A DNA stretch of 64,000 nucleotides, taken from NCBI GenBank assembly GCA_963837465.1, contig CAWINB010000001.1, forward strand, positions 139,915-203,914. Reading direction: 5' to 3'. Below the pieces are notes generated by a model. It worked only from the letters and a program-made list of their open reading frames with translations, was not told where the DNA came from and searched no databases. Source of the DNA: Candidatus Doudnabacteria bacterium. GTDB lineage: Bacteria; Patescibacteriota; Doudnabacteria; UBA920. Shown piece after piece: positions 59,346 through 64,000 of the stretch (its first letter is position 1; each line of letters opens with the position of its first letter). The position numbers and the translations under genes are program-made.

Positions 59346-59730
59346 CGAGTTTCCGTTATCGAGGGATGTTGAAGCATCAAGCTGCCTAGAAAAGTTCTAG
59401 TCGTTGATGCGTCACAAAATCCAATCAATAGTGTAAGCTCGCAAAAACACGACCAACGTTGATCATGTTTTTGTTAAAATAATTACAAAATTTTAAAATT
59501 GTGGGTTTGACAAACAAGCCAGATTTTGGTAAACTATATATACAAAGTGCTATTTCGGCACTTTCTTTTTTTAAGAAACAAAATGCCTAACTCTTTATCA
59601 CAAGTCGCTGTAAAAGAGATTGTTCCTACAGGTCTAACCAAGCTCGACTATGGAACTTTTGACATATTGCTGGAAAAGTCCAATCCCTTTTCTGCCGAGA
59701 ACCCAGTTTTTGATTTAACGGGAATTACCA

Positions 59731-60236
59731 GGACCAGGAATCACCCTCATATCTGCTTCAGCAAGAAGGCATACCCCCGGAAGCGGCTACAGTCACCCCA
59801 ACAAGGTTTGCGGGATGCCCGGCCACCGAAATTATCGCCAAAAACACTGCCGGAAGGATACCCGGTTGAGGACCAGATGTTCGTAGCCCACGACGGTCTT
59901 GAATATTCAATCAGATATACCGCGCGCGACAATACGACATTCGCAAGGATTGCTTCGTCCTTTGTATTCCTCGCAACTGGTTGTTGACTCTTAGCTTGAT
60001 ACTCCGCTTCACCTTCAAAGGATGATGGCGTTTTCGTGGGGTTGAGTCCGATTAGCCCAGAGCGAAAAGAATTGGCAAGAGCTCAAGATATCCACCGAGC
60101 GGGTCAATTCTTGGAAGTTGAGCCAATGTTTCCCTCCTTTGCAAGCGTCTGAGTTCTTGCTATTCTACTTTTGCCACGATCAAAGCAGCCGCGCAGGGTA
60201 CTCTGTGCGCGCGGCAAGCTTGATCGATGAGCAAAC
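59731..60236. repeat. direct duplication of ~54815-55280 plus partial arm (copy 4)
   Basis: diverged 5' part with a 1-nt insertion, then essentially identical from GGATACCCGGTT onward. Confidence 0.9.
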
Positions 60237-60257
60237 TTGGGAGTGGCAAAATCTTTT

Positions 60258-60575
60258 ATGAAAACTATTATAAAAACCGCCCTGTTTAATTCTCTCTCAA
60301 CGGCAGTTTATGTAGCGCTGGTAGGGTCGTTTTTTTACTTAGCCGGGCAAAAAAAATTCGGCGATGGACATACTGTGTTTATCCCTATTTTCCTTTTAAT
60401 GCTCTTGGTATTTTCCGTCGCGCTAACGGGAGCGTTAATTTTTGGCCGGCCCGTGCTTTGGTATTTGGAAGGCAAAAAGCAAGACGCTCTGTCGCTACTG
60501 GTTTATACCTTAGGAAGCTTTTTTATTATCACATTGCTCGCGTTCCTTGGTATGATAATCTTTATACACCCATAG
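60258..60575 (+). CDS. small 3-TM membrane protein
   Basis: hydrophobic; LIFGRPVLWYLEGKKQDA. Confidence 0.7.
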   Translation: MKTIIKTALFNSLSTAVYVALVGSFFYLAGQKKFGDGHTVFIPIFLLMLLVFSVALTGALIFGRPVLWYLEGKKQDALSLLVYTLGSFFIITLLAFLGMIIFIHP

Positions 60576-60803
60576 TGGATTGGGAAAATTAATTAAGAAC
60601 CTAATTCTTAAATTCCGCCTACGAATTATTTTTTTAAATAGGTTCTATTTTTTTGGGCTAATTGTCAATCGTAAATTGTCAATTGTTGTTTACTCGTGGC
60701 TGGCTTCAGGGAGTTTCAGACTATATTAATTAAACTTAAACTAAAACCCTGCTAATCTTTTGGCCGGATTTTATGGTATCAAGATTACGCTTTTGCAATA
60801 AAT

Positions 60804-63467
60804 TTACTGCAGCCTGGCATCGTTTAAAGTCATCAGCGGGAGCATGGGGAAGGACAGGTCGTAGCTGTTGGCCGGGACTATGTAACCGGCTTGGCCGCCG
60901 TTGCTTAGGAATATGGCCCAGCTTGGGACAGGGATAAGGCCATTGGGAGTGATAAAGTAAACAGTGGAGCCGCTAAGCAACCAGCTGCCGCGGGGGTGGG
61001 CGCCGTCGGCCGTTACCACAATTTTACCGGATAAAGGCAACCCGGAGTTGCTGACAGTTCGCACGTTGGCAAAACTGAAACCCAATCCCAAAAATGCCGG
61101 GGCGTTGGCAAAGGGAGTCTTGGTATTTTGGTAGACAATGGAGATGGTGCCGTTTTCGTTAATCAACTCGCCATTGTTGTATGTAGTGGGCGCGCTGCCG
61201 ACCGCGGGAACAGACAGGCTGGGGGCGCCGGGAATGGTTAAAGAGCCGGCCGGATTTACGGCAAGGGTGAAGTTTAAACTTTGGTTGGTGCCGCCGCTGT
61301 CCGCTACTTCCAGAGTAAAACTGTAACTACCCTCAACGGTTGGCGTGCCCGTAATAAGTCCGCCGGACGAAAGAGTCAGCCCGGCCGGCAAAGCGCCGGA
61401 AGTTAAGGAATAATTATAACTGCCCAAGCCGCCCTGGGCCGCCAGCTGGAAACTGTAACTTTGGTTTAAAGTCGCGGCCGACAGGCTGGCGCTGGTAAAA
61501 CTTACCGAACCCGAACTGGTTGCGGATGTTCCGGTAGTGTTTACCGTTACGTTTAAACTGGCGCAGGCGGAACCGCCCGTTTGGCATATGCTTACGGACG
61601 AACTTCCAAGACTTGTGCCCGTAAGATTAAGCAGTGAACCGCTTAAATTTAAACTGACCACGCCGGGATTGCTGATGCTGGAAATGTAGTAACTGCTGCT
61701 GTTGCCGCCGCTGATAGTAATGCTTTGGCTCTGGCCCACGGTCATTACCGGAGCGCTGTTGCTAAAGCTGATAATTCCCGTGCCCGTAGATGAAGTGCCT
61801 ACTGTTACCAATAAAGTGCTGCAAATGGAACTGTTGCTGTTATCGCAAACACTAACACTGCTTGAACCGGAATTAAGCCCCGTAGTATAAATGTTCGCGC
61901 CCTGTATGGAAACAGCCGCCGCGGAAGGATTGGTATTACTGGAAACGTAATAAGTCCCGCTGCCGCCCGTAATGGTTACCGTGGAACTTTGGTTTTGCGC
62001 CACATTGAGGCTGCTGGGGTTAAGGGTTAAGCCGCTGCCGGACCCGTTGACCGTCACATACAAAGTTCCACAAACAGTGCTTGAGGTCTGGCAAATTGTG
62101 ATGCTGCTGCTGCCGAGATTTTGCCCGACTAAATAAAGTGAGCTTCCGCTCAGGCTCAAGCTGGCAACATTGGCGCTGGAGTTGTTGGAAACAGAATAAG
62201 TGCTGACGCCGTTTGTGGAATAAATGGCAATGCTCTGGCTTTGCCCAATCGTCATTACCGGATTCGGTACGCTAAAACTAATGCCGCCGCTTGAACTGCC
62301 GCTGCTGTTGCTGCCGACTTGGACATAAAGGTAAACACATCCCGAGGAACTGCCTACCGGGCAAATAGTCAGCGTACTGCTGCCGGGAGCCTGGGCGTAA
62401 ACCGTAACGGTTTGGGAGGTCTGGCCGCTTACATTGCTGACGCTGGCGGAAACTTCGGAGGAATTGGAATTGTTGGTAATGGCTACAGCTCCAACAGTAT
62501 TGCTGATCGTGGCGCTGCCTGTGTTGCCGACCGTTAAAGTCAGCGTGTTCGGACTTATACTCATTCCGCCGGAGCCGTTACTTCCCACAGTCACCGTAAC
62601 CGTGCCGCAATAACTTGGGTTGGATTGGCAAATGGTAAGGGTAGAAGTACCCGGCACGCCTCCGGAAAAATAAAGGGTCGACCCGGAAATACTCGGGCTT
62701 GTCACAACGTTGGAATTGGAATTACTGGAAATATAGTAGTTTGAGGAATTGGTGTTGCTCGGGCTGAAAATAGTGATGTTGGAACTTTGGCCGGCTATAA
62801 CAATCGGGTTTTGGTTGCTGAAATTTAATGTAGTGGAACTGCCGCCGTTAACAGATACAAAAATACTGCCGCACTGGCTTGTTGAAGTTGTGGAGCATAC
62901 AGTCACGGTCGTACTGCCGGTAACCTCTCCGGTGATAATAATGGAATCACTGCTGGCAAAAACATTGGCTACCGAACTGTTGGTATTGCCGGTAACGTAA
63001 ACACTGCCGCCGCCGGACGGGGAAGCGGTAACGGTTATACTGCTCGGACTGTTTATGGCAACACTGGTCTGGCTTAAGCTCAGGGTGCCCGAGGCGCAGC
63101 CAGACGCGCAGGTGCCGGGAGGGATTTGCAGGGGCGTGCTCGGGTTTGGAAACGAAACCCCGTTAACCATCACATACAAAAGCACCGGATTGGGACTGCC
63201 GTCAAAATTAATGGTCTGGGACGGACTGGTAAAATTACCGTTGCCGTCGGTACTGCCCAAGCTGGCGCTCTCGGTAAAATTAGAGGCGCTTTGGCGCTGG
63301 AACAAATAAACCGGGGAGCCAGCTCCGGCGCCGCTTATGGATAAAGTTATGGAATTGCCGTTTTGGGTAACCGAAAGCACGGGTGTGGAGGCCAAAGCTA
63401 CCCCCGCTCCTGTCAGCAAAGGAGCCAAAAGAACCGCGGCGGCCAGGATTTTTGTCAATTTTTTCAT
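60804..63467 (-). CDS. Ser/Thr/Gly-rich surface protein with repeated Ig-like modules and a putative Ig domain
   Basis: signal peptide, repeated ~90-aa units ending ..IC....C....V.V, GALPAGLTLS..G.ITGTPT. Confidence 0.8.
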   Translation of the reverse strand: MKKLTKILAAAVLLAPLLTGAGVALASTPVLSVTQNGNSITLSISGAGAGSPVYLFQRQSASNFTESASLGSTDGNGNFTSPSQTINFDGSPNPVLLYVMVNGVSFPNPSTPLQIPPGTCASGCASGTLSLSQTSVAINSPSSITVTASPSGGGSVYVTGNTNSSVANVFASSDSIIITGEVTGSTTVTVCSTTSTSQCGSIFVSVNGGSSTTLNFSNQNPIVIAGQSSNITIFSPSNTNSSNYYISSNSNSNVVTSPSISGSTLYFSGGVPGTSTLTICQSNPSYCGTVTVTVGSNGSGGMSISPNTLTLTVGNTGSATISNTVGAVAITNNSNSSEVSASVSNVSGQTSQTVTVYAQAPGSSTLTICPVGSSSGCVYLYVQVGSNSSGSSSGGISFSVPNPVMTIGQSQSIAIYSTNGVSTYSVSNNSSANVASLSLSGSSLYLVGQNLGSSSITICQTSSTVCGTLYVTVNGSGSGLTLNPSSLNVAQNQSSTVTITGGSGTYYVSSNTNPSAAAVSIQGANIYTTGLNSGSSSVSVCDNSNSSICSTLLVTVGTSSTGTGIISFSNSAPVMTVGQSQSITISGGNSSSYYISSISNPGVVSLNLSGSLLNLTGTSLGSSSVSICQTGGSACASLNVTVNTTGTSATSSGSVSFTSASLSAATLNQSYSFQLAAQGGLGSYNYSLTSGALPAGLTLSSGGLITGTPTVEGSYSFTLEVADSGGTNQSLNFTLAVNPAGSLTIPGAPSLSVPAVGSAPTTYNNGELINENGTISIVYQNTKTPFANAPAFLGLGFSFANVRTVSNSGLPLSGKIVVTADGAHPRGSWLLSGSTVYFITPNGLIPVPSWAIFLSNGGQAGYIVPANSYDLSFPMLPLMTLNDARLQ

Positions 63468-63554
63468 AAAATCAGGTTAATGTTTATTTTGGTTTATTAT
63501 AGCATAAATTATACGATAATGGTTGGTTTTTGGTGCGGAACAGCTCATAAAAAT

Positions 63555-63598
63555 AAAAAGGATTCCCCTTACAACAAAGGGGAATCCTTTTTATTTTC
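63555..63598 (-). terminator. intrinsic terminator
   Basis: AAAAAGGATTCCCCTT-loop-AAGGGGAATCCTTTTT. Confidence 0.8.
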
Positions 63599-63602
63599 AG
63601 GT

Positions 63603-64000
63603 TTATAATTTTCCGGCTAATTGTCCAAGCTTATCCACCATGGCGTTGGCGTTTTTGGCGTGGAAATCCCCGTTAACCAAAACTCCTTTTTCATCAAAGG
63701 CTTGCCAGACAGTGGGGATAAGAACCTGGTCGCGAATATCGTACATTTGCAGTTCCGCGGCCACCTGGCGCAGGTGTTCCGCGGCTCTGGAGCCGCCAGC
63801 GTAACCTCCGTAAGCCACAAAACCCACGGGCTTGCCGTTCCATTGTTTGTAGCCGTAATCAATGGCGTTTTTTAAAACCGAAGAATAACTGTGATTGTAT
63901 TCGGGAGTAATAATTACAAAACCCCGGGCCGCGCTGACTTTTTCCAGCCACTGTTCCACTGTCTGGTTGGGATGTTTGCCCGCGCGGTTTTTTACTTCAT
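63603..64000 (-). CDS. NADPH-dependent FMN reductase, 5' end outside window
   Basis: TPEYNHSY..VLKNAID, W.GKPV, GGSRA..HLR. Confidence 0.88.
   Translation of the reverse strand, partial: EVKNRAGKHPNQTVEQWLEKVSAARGFVIITPEYNHSYSSVLKNAIDYGYKQWNGKPVGFVAYGGYAGGSRAAEHLRQVAAELQMYDIRDQVLIPTVWQAFDEKGVLVNGDFHAKNANAMVDKLGQLAGKL

Noticed and set aside
59526-59987. 153-aa ORF as a real protein
   Set aside because: Chimera of a truncated gene start and a frameshifted duplicate of the lipoprotein end.
59731-60198. DGR template/variable repeat pair with 54815-55280
   Set aside because: Differences are not confined to adenines, include an indel, and no RT is present.
52440-60236. Arms as a CRISPR array or integron attC sites
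   Set aside because: Spacing is kilobases, there is no cas gene or tyrosine integrase IntI, and the arms encode an in-frame serine-recombinase tail.
31663-60236. Prophage
   Set aside because: No terminase, portal, capsid or tail genes recognised.
1-64000. Numerous short antisense or overlapping ORFs in the track
   Set aside because: Shadows of well-supported genes on the other strand or frame, with no independent motifs.

Overview
This 64 kb window looks like a reduced bacterial chromosome. Gene content and style suggest Patescibacteria/CPR, which is an inference. Positions 1-31.6 kb are mostly housekeeping: rplU, recR, dnaB, cysS, iscS, rpmA, pyrG, rplI, ftsEX, prfB, a dTTP-synthesis cluster with thyX/tmk/dut, gpmI, rpmG and tRNA-Trp/Thr/Glu. 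This part is peppered with MITE-like elements, palindromes, heptamer-repeat hairpins and one IS630. From the 3' end of tRNA-Glu (31667) to about 60.2 kb lies a composite island built by large serine recombinases (LSRs). Their attachment core (TACCA, the tRNA CCA end) lies inside the 3' end of their own genes, so integration swaps the recombinase C-terminus. Element 1 (31663-46190) carries an LSR, an XRE regulator, a coupling-protein-like ATPase, a Replic_Relax protein, RadC, Frpo-like hairpins and a 1797-aa surface protein. It is followed by a GC-richer array of cargo blocks (Pycsar, MazEF, TIGR02391, a membrane SET-domain protein, an M23 peptidase). Each block ends in a conserved ~260 bp arm that encodes an in-frame LSR tail ending in -IAA and terminates at GCTACCA. 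A second notable structure is a four-helix-bundle (23S IVP-like) gene inserted between ftsE and ftsX and exactly bracketed by a 30-bp heptamer-built inverted repeat. All calls come from reading motifs by eye; no database searches were run.
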